Assembly (NCBI GenBank): GCA_009103225.1 | Contig: RHPI01002568.1 | Location: 447,742-511,741 of the forward strand | Direction: 5' to 3' | From: Chlorokybus atmophyticus | Taxonomy: Eukaryota; Plantae; Mesostigma and Chlorokybus algae | Length of the DNA stretch: 64,000 nucleotides | In this document: positions 1-12,750 of the stretch, piece by piece | Position numbering within the stretch: position 1 is the first letter of the stretch | Layout: every line of letters begins with the position of its first letter | The notes under the pieces: model-generated | Database searches by the model: none | Seen by the model: only the letters and a program-made list of their open reading frames with translations | Told to the model about the DNA's origin: nothing | Program-made: the position numbers and the translations under genes

Positions 1-3000
1 CATTTAGCCCCTTTGAACTGAGCTCTGTCATCAATTCCTAACTGACCTCACTGACCAGTCTCAAGTGGGTTAATCGCGCCTTACGCGTCTTTATCGGCCA
101 TTGTATTGGCCATTGCCAATCATTGATAGGGTATCTTGCCGGCATTCAGTCATTAAGTTTTCAGGTAACCACTTTTCGCGCCATGCTCATGTATGGCTGC
201 GAATTAGCTCCATAACATATTTTCTGCCTTTTCTAAGCCATTACATGCCCTTAGATCTTTTCCAACCGCCGTCAGTTCTATCCCCACTAAGAGTCGAACC
301 TGGATTGTGCAAGCTTCAATACCATTGTACAACTTCTGGTGGGGCTCGGCGGCGGCGGCAGCGGCATGGCAATGCCTGACGTGGGCGAGGAGACTGCTGG
401 TGCTGAGGTGGTTGCTCGGTTGATGGACCAGGGGGTGATGCAAGCGACTACGTCACAACGTGAGGTAGATAGTGCTGGGAGTGTGTTGGGTAAGGAGTGG
501 CTGGTGACAGGCGGCGGTGCTGTTAGTCGGCATGCACATGGGGTTGAGTTGGCAGAGGGTGGTGGCGCATATAGCGCAGACACAGATACAGCTGTTATTA
601 GCCTTACCACCCATGTTCACACTCCCCACGTTCACGGCAGCGACGGCGGCGGCGTGAGCTTCTACGGATGCCAATGGTGTTGAGATTGTGCAGGGGCCCG
701 GCGGGCCGTTAGAGTGGCCAGCAGCAGCATTGGCGTCCGCACAATCGGCATCACTATCATCTTCCCTGTCAGTGACGGCCAAGCAACGCGCACAGCATGC
801 AGCACACCCCAGCCACCCCATGGCTCCAAACCGAAGCAGATCAATGCGGCAGCTTAACCAGCTGCGTATTTCAACTTAGGATATCGAGCCCTGGGCCGGC
901 AACCGGCAAGCGGTAGGCGCTGCACGCACCCCAGTTTCAACGGCAGTCAGAGTCTGACGCAGCTCGTCGCCTGATACAGCGGGCCGCCAGCTGCGGTGCA
1001 CGGCATCGGCGGCTTTGTGTTCAACGGACTAGACGGAGGGGGCACACGTTGCGTCGAGCCCATAAACTAGATTGGTCAAGCCGATCGGGCTGATCGGGCG
1101 GCTTGGGCTGACGAGGCTCATCGGAAAAGTTGACAAGACAGTCATTTCATAGCAAATGACAACTACAATTTCGGCTAACACGATGTGACAATTCATTTGC
1201 ATCATGCATGTCATAACGCATATCTTTTTTATGTTTTATAACATTAGTGCTACTACATGTCATATTAACAGTAAAAGGGTGATGTAAAAAGACACTTACA
1301 TCAATAACAATCATTCAACTCTTAATGGTGACAACCATGCGGAATTTTTTCCGCGGACTAGTATTGGTCTGCACGTACGGACCAGGGTCAAATTGCCCGG
1401 GCGGCTTGGGGTTCGAATCAGGGTCGCCCGCCTTGGTCTGTGCGCAGAGATCATGTAGTTGCGACGCCGGAGGGGTTTTGCCTGTGCCGGTGGGCTTGAG
1501 ATTGCAGTACATGGACGGCTTGGATCGTCTCTCACAACGTATGAGTGCATGTAATTGCGTGTGAGCACAGCTGATCCGCGGGCGTGTTCAGGGTGCGATC
1601 AGTGCGTTCTGTCGGCGCTGTGTTTCTGTTGGTTGACTGCTGGACATCACTGTTAATCAGCCATCGTTTGTGTTTGACAAGTAGCTGATCGCGTCGGAAT
1701 GCGTTGCTGGGTAGACGTTACCTGTCGTAAGATATCGCTAAAAGGCGTTTGTGTACAGGGTGTGCTCGACGTGTGTGTGTGTGTGATATCTGCGTAGGAT
1801 AACGGTGTTGTGATTTCAAGTTTGGGAGTGTTGAGACGGGGTGAGATGTGCGTTGCAGCCGGTGTCGGCGTCGATGGCGGAGGATGCTTCAATGGCATTG
1901 CTGCTGCAGGAGCAGCGTGCGAATATTGACGCTTTTGAAGCTGCTAGACAGGGGCGCTGCGATAACCAAAAGGAGTATGTCAGGCGGCGTCGTGAGGAGG
2001 ACAAAGTATACGTCATGCAGCTCAGGACGGAGTTGGGGCTGAAAAAGTCGCGTATGAATGCTACCGGGGTGTTCTTGCACGCCTTGATGTCCGGCAACAC
2101 GTGGAGTTGGGCTGATAACACGCTTATCATGAGTCCTTGGTCTGAGGTGAGCGTGTATATGGTTCGCAATGTGGGCAGAAGTTGTGTGCTGTTTGTGCGC
2201 ATGTTGTAACAGTGTGGCTGGTGCTGGCAAGGTGTGCCTCTTCTGACAATGAATCCTGGAGCGGCTGATATGTCTCAGGTGATGCTCAATATTGAATGAA
2301 GGGTGTGTTGTGCTGTGGGGTGCGATGTGTACCAAGTTGTAAAGGGGGATTGAGGAAGTCTTTGTGTGAGCATGGTCTGACGCATCGAGTAATGCATCAC
2401 GATGACCTGCCACTCGAGTCGTCAGATCCTCAGGACGAGGGTCAGGAGAACAGACAGCCGCATTCGTCTCAGCTATCGAAGCGGCAGAAGCAGTATCATG
2501 CCTCTGGTCAGCAGCATGTACCCCCTGCGTTCGCACTTCAGACTCATGGGCAGCAACATACTCGCATCAACGCACGTGGCAGGAGTGTTGCAATGGGGCC
2601 TACAATGGCAAGACTGCATGGCAACACGAGAGCAGTGCCGAAGACACCGAAAACACCAAGTGTTAATGTGCCAGGTGTGCGCATGCTGTAGTGTAGTGGA
2701 TAGTGGTGCAGTCACACATACTGGTTGCTGAGGTCCGAGGCTACGTTGGTGGTAGTTGTAATCGGGGGACCTGTGTAATAACCTATTTAGCTACCCATAA
2801 CTCTTTATGGGCAACTCAACTGTCGTGTCGAATGTGTGTGCAGGCCTTCTGGTGGTGTGCCGTCTTGGATTAAACATGCTGATGCAACGTGTAGACAAAG
2901 CCGTGTATTCAGCTAGGTGGAGGTGCTGTGTGATATAGCCACTCCTGATGCATTATGCTATGCATGAACCGATCGCAACGCTGCAATTGTATGCGACTAT

Positions 3001-6000
3001 TTTACCACAATTTATATTTAGCAAACAACAAGTGGTGCACAATGTGTAGTGGCGTAATGGATACACTATCACAAGTGTACTTGTAGTTGATAGTAGATGC
3101 AAACGCTGGATTGCAGCTTGTAAGGAGGGAAGTGCAGCGTTGTGAGAGCGACTTGGCTGCTTTGAGTGCTAACCGAGATCACTTGACTGTTGAGCTGAAT
3201 AAACTGGTCGCCATAGCTCGCCAGAGAGAAGCTAAGAAGCAAACAGACCCTTTGCCCGGAGACTCCACTTTGCAGAGAGAGGCAACGCATTGGCGCGCCC
3301 GCTGTGAGGTGATGATGGCTCTGTCATGGGCAACCTGATTAGTGAGTAAATTGCCAACCATGCATGTGCTGAGCATCTGTATATTTCATGACTCGGGTGT
3401 CCGATTGTGCTTATCATGTGGGTGACACTCCCGTCCTGTGTGACAGGAACTGCGCGCTGACTTGAGCCGCCAGGAGTCTATAAGGACAAGGAAAGTCAAA
3501 GAGCGCAAGACCATAAAGAGTTGCAGGAAAATTTTGACACACTACACCAGCACATGCAGGTGCTTTGCCTCAAGCAAGATACACTGGCGGCCCCATGTTG
3601 TTGGCATATAAAACTGCCGACTTATTACTGTACGCATATCCCGCTGATACCTTCTTTTCGCATTAGGTATTGGAGGCAAGGTTGTAAGAAGAAACAGAGC
3701 TGTGCATGAGCGAGCACCAGCAGCGGCTCGTGGTAGAATAAAATCGTGATGGCTATCGTTGCAAGCTAGGGGAGTTGGAGGGTATACTTGCGGGGACTAC
3801 AAGACACTGTGAGGAACAGCAGAGCGGCGTACCGTAATGAGCATGACGCAACGTTGGCAGAAGAGGTGCGACTACTGTACGAGGACGACGTGAGGGCGGT
3901 GGCCGAGGAGGAAGTTGCTGAGCCAATGGCGTGCGCAGTGAGAGATGTGGCAGCTCAACTGCTGCAGAGGGATGCTACTATCTTGCTCACAGCTGTGGCG
4001 TCACATACAACATTCGCCAAGCCAGCTTGCTGTTGCGGGCGATGCAAGCTAAGCTGCATGGCGCCGTCATGCCCATCTCGGGTGCGCGCCAAGGCACTTT
4101 GCTCATTGCAGCATGGGCGGACCCTATTGCGTGTCTCCCGCGCCACGCCACGAGAGTGACCAACGTTCTTGCACCCACACAATAAAAGGGTGAATCGCGG
4201 GCTGCACAAGATGGTAATGAACTACCAGCATCTGTGCTGAGAGCTGTCAACAAATACATGGAGGTGGAGAGGAAGCGCATGGTGGAGCGCAACAAGGAAG
4301 ATCACGACTTGCGCTACGTAGACTGCAAGGAGGAGTGGGATGCCTCAATGGTGGCTTTACGCAAACTGATCGGTGCAATGACCGGCTTGACTGCATTGGA
4401 GGCCAAAAAGAGTTCAGGGATCAACCGTGTCAAGTCGGTGGACGCACTGCGCAACAAGACCCTCTGCATGATGCATACAGCAGTGTATGCATGATGAAGA
4501 GGGATGCAAGCAGCAAGTTCGCCATCTCGCCGGTGCACATGGCCGTGACAGATGCAGTGGATGCTCTGACCACTGGGTACAAGGTCCTCCAGACATTGAA
4601 TCGCCTATGCGTCACCGGGAGCCGCTGCCACATGAACCGTCACATACACGGCCGAGCAATGCACCAGCTCCACTCACTGGCCCGATTGCAGCCGGGTCCC
4701 GGGTGCATGTGTTGGCTTCCATAGACAACTTGGATATTAGAGCGGGACATCAGGCAAAGTACAAAGGGCGGAAGACTAGAGACATACATGCGACGTCCAC
4801 CCAGCTGACAATTGTCAGTCGCGTGAGGGCAGCGCCAATGAAGTTGCAAGTGAGAGCAATCTATGCCTGCATCTCTGGTTGAAATGGTTGGCAATTGTGA
4901 GTGCGTGCGTGATTGGTGACTAATAAGCAGTGTGTGTGCCATTATGTGAAGCGAACGCGTAACCGCACACTCTCAGAGGTCATGGTCCAGTAGCCAATAG
5001 AAGAGGCCATGCCTGCACCGCCCCCAAGACCACGAACCCAAGTGACTGTGCATAGTGGGCCAACCAATCAATCTTCAGCCTGCAGAGAAGTCAGCCCTGG
5101 CAGAGTTTCGGCACACCATGCACAACACAGTGTTGTTGAATGCGGCGAGAGGAGCAGGCTAGTTTGCCTACTTTGAAAGATAATTGATCGCGGTATATGC
5201 AGCTTGCGGCCCCAGAGCCGCCTCTTGTAGCAAACGACATTGAGTACCTTCTGGTCCTCCCTTTTTGCCTAGACAAGATTGACAACCTGAAGATTGCATT
5301 GCTGCAGCTGCGCAACAATTTGGTGTTGAGGGACGAATGCAGCAAGGTCTGCATAATTGGAGATTAAAGACTTCTGCGCTCATGGTCGCGCTGAAGAAAG
5401 CTGAGCGAGGGTACTGAGATTGGGTTGTGCCGCTACCAGGCGATTTCAATGTGCTCATGAGCATGCACCCTGTGCTGATAAACATATACTACAACGCCGG
5501 TCTCGACGTGCTGGCCATTGAGTGTGGTTACAACCCATCCACGGCAACCAACTCGCAGACGGTTCACACTGGAAACGCATCCACAACTTCCTCATCAAGG
5601 CATGGGAAGCGCTATACCGGCACATGCATGACCTCTGGTGGTGTCAAGTAGACGAAGCAACCTAAACATTGTGTGATCATGATTTGACAGCGAAAGGAAG
5701 CCACTCAGTCCCGAATGTGCTTTGAGCTGTGGTGCCATGATTAAGCACAGCTAGACGACACATGGCAGTTCTGATGGAATTTCGTCAACCGCGACATGCT
5801 GAACTACCTGGGTTTGTTCTGCTCCGTGAGGGCGAAAGTCTGGCCCCTGCGTTTGGCCACCTGCAAAATTTTAAGCCTGCTATCCTTTGCCTGGGACCGT
5901 TTTAATTACTAGAAAGTGATGACACAGCACTTGGCGGAACTGTAAGTCATGCCTCGTTCGCTGCTGGATATGCTAGCAGCAGGTGGCTTTGTGGTCAGCC

Positions 6001-6827
6001 TAACGGGCACGGCAGGGAGGTTGGTGGCGTTGGGCGAAGCGCACGAGTGTCACGTGAACCGGGACATGAAGAACACGCTGTGCTCTCTCAGACTCGACCA
6101 ATTGAGGACGAAGTCGCTGTACTTAGGGGAACGGAGTCAATCGCAGAAGCAACTCTGTCAGCAACTGCAAATCCAGTATGAGCCGGAGAACAGCGCAATG
6201 GACCATGATGCTGACGATGATCGCTCAAGGGTGATGCGAAACCTGGCGGTAGACGCATCCCATTGTGGCAATGACTTGCTGCATATGGCCAACCTGCTCA
6301 CCGCCACAAGAGCGCTTGCCAGGGCACCTGCATGAGAGCTGACTCACCTCACAATAGCGGTGCTGGCAGCGCCTGCAGCATCGGCTGATCTTGCTCGCCA
6401 GTACTCTATTGGCATTGAGGCCATGACCAATTTTGTACAAGTGGAGATTTGCCGTGAAGGGCAGCCATGCAAAGTCACAAGGCGGTACAACTTGCAGAAT
6501 AAGGCACCGGCAAAGAAACGAGTTTTTAAGCAAGCAACCATCCTAAAAAAGTATCGGCAACAGATGCTAGTAGCAAAGCGACTAGCACTGACAAATGCTG
6601 ACGCAGACGCCGTTACGGCCAGATACTGTGAGCACCCTTGGGCGTTGTTTGACGAGCTTATTGGCAAGATGCGTTCTAGCAACAAGGCAAAGTTTTTGAC
6701 AGAGATAGCAGCACACAATGCGCCGTGCTGATCTCACAGTGCACCCGCCGGAGTGGAATGCATCATCCTGGAGGGGATGTTCATGAATAACCAAGAGCGT
6801 CATATGTTTAAAGGCACCATTAAAGAC

Positions 6828-7276
6828 TGTTACGAACTAGTGTGCATGTATGCGCCCTACCTCAGACATGTGCTCACATTAGGGGAACAACAAGTGCATT
6901 AGCATGTCAACAACAAAGAGAAGTATGTTCCTATTGCAGTTCCACCTGTATGCGCCACATACAGTGACTTATATACTAAGCTAGTCAACACTAGAAAAGA
7001 CTAGTCAAAGTCAACTCTAGTCAACACTAGTCAACGGTCAAAGTCAACCCTAGTCAACCCTAGTCAATGGTCAAAGTCAAAGTTGACCGTAACTCTCGTA
7101 ACTCCCGTAACTTCTGTTGACTGTAACTCCCATTGCATACCCGCCGCACATGGTCCAAGTAAAATCAAGAAGTTGACTGTATAAGCATACTATACTAGCA
7201 AACCTTATATGCTTAACCCTCAACATGTACTATAAGCATACTATACTAGCAAACCTAATATGCTTAACCTTCAACA
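6828..7276 (-). mobile_element. Solo LTR, Copia family B
   Basis: TG..CA ends, 5-bp TSD AAGAC at 6823-6827 and 7277-7281, homologous to the LTRs at 17465, 23628, 25147 and 47200. Confidence 0.93.
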
Positions 7277-7661
7277 AAGACTACATCAACCACATCATGC
7301 GCATCTCTGTGCTTAATCGCCTAGCCATTCCCACCATGCGCAGCATTTACGTGGTGTTCGACACCCCACGCTGGCAGTCTGGAGTTAAGTCGACACTGCA
7401 GCGCGCGCGAGATGGCACCGCCACGGCAAGCGCGCGTATGCTGAGTATGGACTCCGAGGCACCAAAAAACTGGAATGAGTTGCTGGGTGACAGGAGCTTG
7501 AAGAGATCTTTATGTGAGCTCATCACGGAGCATATGCCGGGCATGGTGGCAAAGCATCCGCGGTCGGACCAAGAGTTGGTGATCGCGGGTGGCTCAAACA
7601 AAGAAGATGTGGGCGACCTTGCAATTTCAGTGGCATGCACCTTGAATGCGGCAGTACACAC

Positions 7662-9992
7662 TGTTAAATGTTATAGCTTGTTGAAATTACATGTATAGGC
7701 GGCGCCTATATGTAGTTGGTACGATTGGCTTAACCTTTATAGTTACGCGAGTTACGAGAATTACGAGAGTTATGGTCAACCATGATCATACTTTAACTTT
7801 GACCGTTGACTTTGACCATTGACTAGTGTTGACTAGTGTTGACTGTGACCAGAGTTGACTAGAGTTGACTAGTGCTTAGTAGCATAGTATATAAGACACT
7901 GTATACTGTTTAATACAGTGGGTCGCACATTGTCTCTATAGTTGGAGTGCTGCACTTGTCCTTAGTGTGTGCACACTTGTATGTAAGAGGCAAATACACA
8001 CACACTAGGCGCATCACTAGTTCTCAACAGGTTATGGGCCCACACTCGCTTGTGTGATCGCTTGTGCTAGTGAAAGAAAGCGTTGAGCATAGGCGCCTAC
8101 TAGTAGAGTGTTCTTGGGGAGAGGGTAAGTTGTACTATTGTGTAGCAAGCAATGGTTGACACAGATAGGATGCCCATCGAGTCCCTTGATCTGCACAACT
8201 ACGCTTCATGGTCGCTAAAGATGAAGTTGGTGCTGATCCGCAAGAAGCTCTGAAGTTTTGTTGATCCCACCTCCTCCACATCATTGCGGCCAAGAACAGG
8301 TGACGCTGGTAACTGGATAGAGAACTCACAATTAGCTATTGCGCTGATAGGCTTGCACATCAAAGACTTCCATCTCCCTCTTATTGCGGATTGCAAGACT
8401 GGACGTGAGGCGTGGGAGGTCTTCGACACCCTTTTCAAGGCCTACAGCAACTCGCGCAAGTTGCAGCTGAGACGCAAGCTGGCACTTCTGAAGATGGAGC
8501 ACAAAGAGCCAATTTAGAAGTACATCTCGCGTGCAAGGGAGCTTTGACAAGACCTTGCAGCAGTGGGCCACGATGTGAAGGAAGCGGAGGTGATGTGGGC
8601 AGTCTTAGCTGGCTTTAAAAAAAGCTTTGCTACGCTAGTGACTGTGTTGGAGTCCTCAGATGTGGTTTTGAAGTTTGCTAATGTAGTGCATAAGCTGCTA
8701 GCTGTGGAAGGCAAGTTGGATGTTCAGGAGATAGAGAATGGTGGAGAAGCTATCGCACTTGTTGCCTCATCTTCTCAACACACATGAAGCAGGAGCAAAG
8801 CAGGTGGTGGGAAGCCATCACGTGACAAAGAGTGTCACTACTGCAAGATGAAGGGCCACTTCATTCGTGAGTGCCACAAAAGGATCCACGATGAGGCGAC
8901 CAAGGAGAAGCACACCACGATGGCGATTGCTTGCTAGCATTGGTGAGGACCTCAAGGAGTTGCAGTGGATGGTGTTCGTCCGTCCTCTCCCACTGCAATA
9001 GTGCGTGAAGAATAAGCGTAGACGGAGGTCACAGACACAACAGTCTGTGAGAGCTACTGCTAGCCTATATGTAGTTGCTGGTGTTGAGCTGCATACACAA
9101 GAGGTTGCATTGCTGTGGAATTGTTTTTTGGCAGCACACAGGTGTGCGATACTGGTTAAAACACTTCACTTGATTGTCATGCAAGGACTGAGTTGTATAG
9201 CTAGCTAACATGAGATGGGAGGGGTGCTTTCCTTGGTAGAAGGGTCTGATCAACCCTTGCACTACCTACACTCTGGTACAACATTGCTAAAGTAGAGAAC
9301 TCAGTATAGTGTATAGCATAGTTTGCCATTGAGGGAGTCCTCGAAACCACTTGAACAAGGTCAGGCGTGGCGTGGTGGAACCTGATGCGACAACTATGAG
9401 GAGGAAACAAGGAGTATTGGAATCTTGAAGTCCTGCTGGCAGCGCACGAGGAGAAGGATGGTGGCATGGAGACAACCATCAAGTCCGTGGGAGCAACACA
9501 TCCGTGGGAGTGTTCAATGGAGTAAGTTAATATGGGTAAGTTAATTTAGTGGAGTAAGTTAATATGAGTAAGTTAATAAGCTTGCGAGAAGAACTTGGAG
9601 TTCAAGGTCAAGCTGCTCGTGTGGGAATGTTAAATGTTATAGCTTGTTGAATGTACATGTATAGGCGGCGCCTACATGTAGTTGGTACGATCATTACCTT
9701 TACAGTTATGAGAGTTACGAGTTAAGGGAGTTACGGCAGTTATGGTCAACCATGATCAACTTTGCCTTTGACCGTTGCCTTTGGCCATTAACTAGTGTTG
9801 ACTTTGACCAGAGTTGACCAGAGTTGACTAGTGCTTAGTAGCATAGTATATAAGACATTGTATACTGCTTAATATAGTGGGTCGCACATTGTCTCCATAA
9901 TTGGAGTGCTTGCTGCACTTGTCCTTATTGTGTGCACACTTGTATGTAAGAGGCAAATACACACACACTAGGCGCATCACTAGTTCTCAGCA
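7662..9992 (+). mobile_element. Non-autonomous gag-only Copia element, family A copy A1
   Basis: LTRs at 7662-8029 and 9628-9992, TSD CACAC, PBS GGTTATGGGCCCAC at 8030. The gag is decayed (NY.SW..KM..L, CHYCKMKGHFIREC) and there is no RT or integrase. Confidence 0.95.
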
Positions 9993-10681
9993 CACACAAC
10001 CTGGGTGGACGACTACATGTGCAATCACGGTGAGGCAGACTCCAGGGTGTGGGTGCATGCACACAAGGCTCCTTACCACATGATTATGCTCTTCTCGCCA
10101 GACACGGACGTCACGGTCATAGGGCTGGCAGTCATTGAGCAGGGCGATATGACTCTTAGAGGACGTCACCGTGCAGGTCGCTCAGCACTCCAGGGCAGGG
10201 TCACGGCCTCCGTTCATAAACTTGTCGGCCATGTGCAACCATGTCAGCACCATGCACCAGCTGCATAGCATCTAAGAGCACCGATGGGGCTGGTGGCTAT
10301 TGCTCGTATATGCGGCTACTGGATGCGACTACACCTGCATAATTGCGGGCATGTCGAGGCACTACATATGGACCACAGTGCTGGCTCAGCATTCAGACTT
10401 CATCACTGGAGCCGTCTTTAATGTAAAGCGCGAGATGTGTTTTGCAGTGCTGCGCCTGGTGGGTTGCGCATACTTTAAAAAGTATAGGTCTTCACTTAAA
10501 AGTGGCACATCAGCCTCCTTGTTCTATGAGCTGCACGGACACGACACAACCACCAGCGACCAGGTGTACCTTAAAGCATGGTTAAAAGCCATACACAAAA
10601 CTGCCTACCCGAATACTGCAACCCCTCATGAAACTATTCCAACCGTGAAAGCCGTATGGCTGCATGCAAGGAAAGCTGTGT

Positions 10682-11059
10682 TGTTGAGAACTAGTGATGC
10701 GCCTAGTGTGTGTGTATTTGCCTCCTACATACAAGTGTGCACACACTAAGGAAGTGTAGCAAGCACTCCAATTATATAGACAATGTGCGACCCACTATAT
10801 CAAGCAGTATACAGTGTCTTATATGCTATGCTACCAAGCACTGGTCAACTCTAGTCAACTCTGGTAAAAGTCAACTCTAGTGAACACTAGTCAATGGTCA
10901 AAGTCAATGATCAAAGTGAAAGTTGTTCATGGTTGACCATAACTGCCGTAACTCCCGTAACTCTTGTAACTCTCGTAACTGTAAAGGTTAGGCTGATCGT
11001 ACCAACTACATGTAGGCGCCGCCTATACATGTAATTTTAATAAGCTATGACATTTGACA
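10682..11059 (-). mobile_element. Solo LTR, Copia family A
   Basis: Reverse complement of the A1 LTR, TSD TGTGT at 10677-10681 and 11060-11064. Confidence 0.93.
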
Positions 11060-12750
11060 TGTGTATGCAGTGAAAACGTGGATGCAGAATTGTGATGAGA
11101 ACATGCACCTACTCAACCTGTCCAAGTATGGCTACTACGAGGTGGATGGCTTCTGGCACGCTGTGCAGGACGTTCCAAAAAACATTCAAGCAGCCAAGAC
11201 ACGCAAACAACTCCTCATGAAGGGATGTTGCTGCAAGACAGTACGGTGTAGCACCAAGAGGTGTTCTTGCATGAAAAACAACTAGGCATGCACATCGAGT
11301 TGTTCATGTCTGAGATGCGCCAACCACGTCCACACCGTTGAAGATGGGGATCGCCACAAGACACCCGCCCCCGCGGGGGCTGCACCACAGCAACGGGCCG
11401 CCCCACCCACCGGAGTGCATCCCAACTACGACTTGCCGGAATCTGATGACTCCCACCATGACAGTGACGTGGAAGACCTTACCTGCATGGACATTGACGA
11501 CATCTGACTGCAAGTGTGCCGCCGCCGTGCCCTGCGCCGCCGACGCCCCCGCCGGCGGTCCCTCACTCCATGTTGCCGCCTCTGTCATGAGCGCTGAGTT
11601 GCATGCTATAAAATATGAGGGGTCAGAGCAAAAAGGTAGGGTTGACTGGGTGCAGCATTCGATTAGCTATATGCGGTGGGTTGAAGTGAGAGGATTTTGT
11701 ATAATTAGGCGCGGCCTCAATGCCGGTGGCTGTGAAGTCCTTCAGGACGGTATTGTGCAACATTTGCCATGTATACGTGGCTGCCAATGAGAGACGAACC
11801 AGCCTGCTGCAACACCGCACTCAATGCAGTCAGTGCCTTGCACTTTTTGGCTTCACACATTCTTGCTGGCATCATCATGCTGCCGGTCTTTGTGTGCTAG
11901 ACTGCAGAGGCAAGCTCAAATGCACCAACCCCAAGTGTTACATTGCACAATGCATATGCAATGAGTGCAACTATACACCCTTCGCTTGGTACGGGCAACC
12001 GTTGCGTTACATTCCGTCTATCCGCCCCGGCACCTCCACGTGCGCCACTCATAATCCTATCGCATAGCCCTTGCAGGTAACTTTAGTAGTCAAGGCTGTG
12101 TTGCAGCCAGCACTACACCAACCCTGATTCATTGCAAAGGTTGGTGCACCCAAACCAAGTCTCTGCACGCAGATTCAGCTTGCGAGTTGTCGACGCGGCG
12201 CACGCACACTGCCTACAGGCTCAGCTGGATCTGCAAGTGTCTGTGCTGCACCCATGCAGGTGTTACAGACGCTCACATCGCTTTGCTCTACATATGAGAA
12301 TTGACTCCACAAAACTGGCATAACCACACACTTGCTGCCACCATGAGACTTTAGCAGATTGTGTGATGTTGGACGACTTGCGTCACCGTTGCAGTGAGGG
12401 CGGTGATGCGCTAGTGGGTTCAAAGGTGCAAGTATACTGGCCAGCCGACCAGCAATGTACGAAGGACGCATGTACGCACACAACTCTGCCATTAAAAAGT
12501 GAGCTACACTATTGCACAAGACCCACTCTGGCGCGTGCACAACTTACGCGCATGTGCTGTACAGGCAGGCACAGTGTTCGGTTTATACGACGGCGACGTG
12601 CAGCACCTACTCAATAACAAGCACTGCATTGTGGTGGTCTACGAGGGCGGCGCCGTGGAGCAATATGCTGTCATGTAGCTAGGGTATAAGGGCAGGCTGT
12701 TGATCACCCTGCTGCAAGCTTGCATGAAAAGGAAGCCTAGCTGAAGTCCC

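Larger units (their letters stand above)
1874..11507 (+). pseudogene. AcademX-like DNA transposon gene (DDE-type transposase + XPG/FEN1-like nuclease + C-terminal CXC zinc finger), decayed and split by three LTR insertions
   Basis: Motifs appear in order: SIDNLD (~4718), DWVVPLPGDF (~5420), ALGEAHECHVNRDMK (~6030), VVFD (~7350), HGEADSRV..SPDTDV (~10024-10110), GCD (~10321), then CCCKTVRCSTKRCSC..CTSSCSCLRCAN (~11225-11330). Removing the LTR inserts rejoins the frame (KD|YINH, AVH|T, KAV|YAVKTW). It carries many stops. No TIRs found, and the N-terminal limit is a guess. Confidence 0.72.

Noticed and set aside
339-880. Gly/Ala-rich overlapping ORFs as a host gene
   Set aside because: No recognisable domain; open frames on both strands are expected in GC-rich low-complexity DNA.
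1029-1400. Hairpins (AAGCCG..CGGCTT, GCGGAA..TTCCGC, TGGTC..GACCA) as the Academ left TIR
   Set aside because: I found no matching inverted copy downstream of 11507 by eye, and the stems are short enough to be chance.
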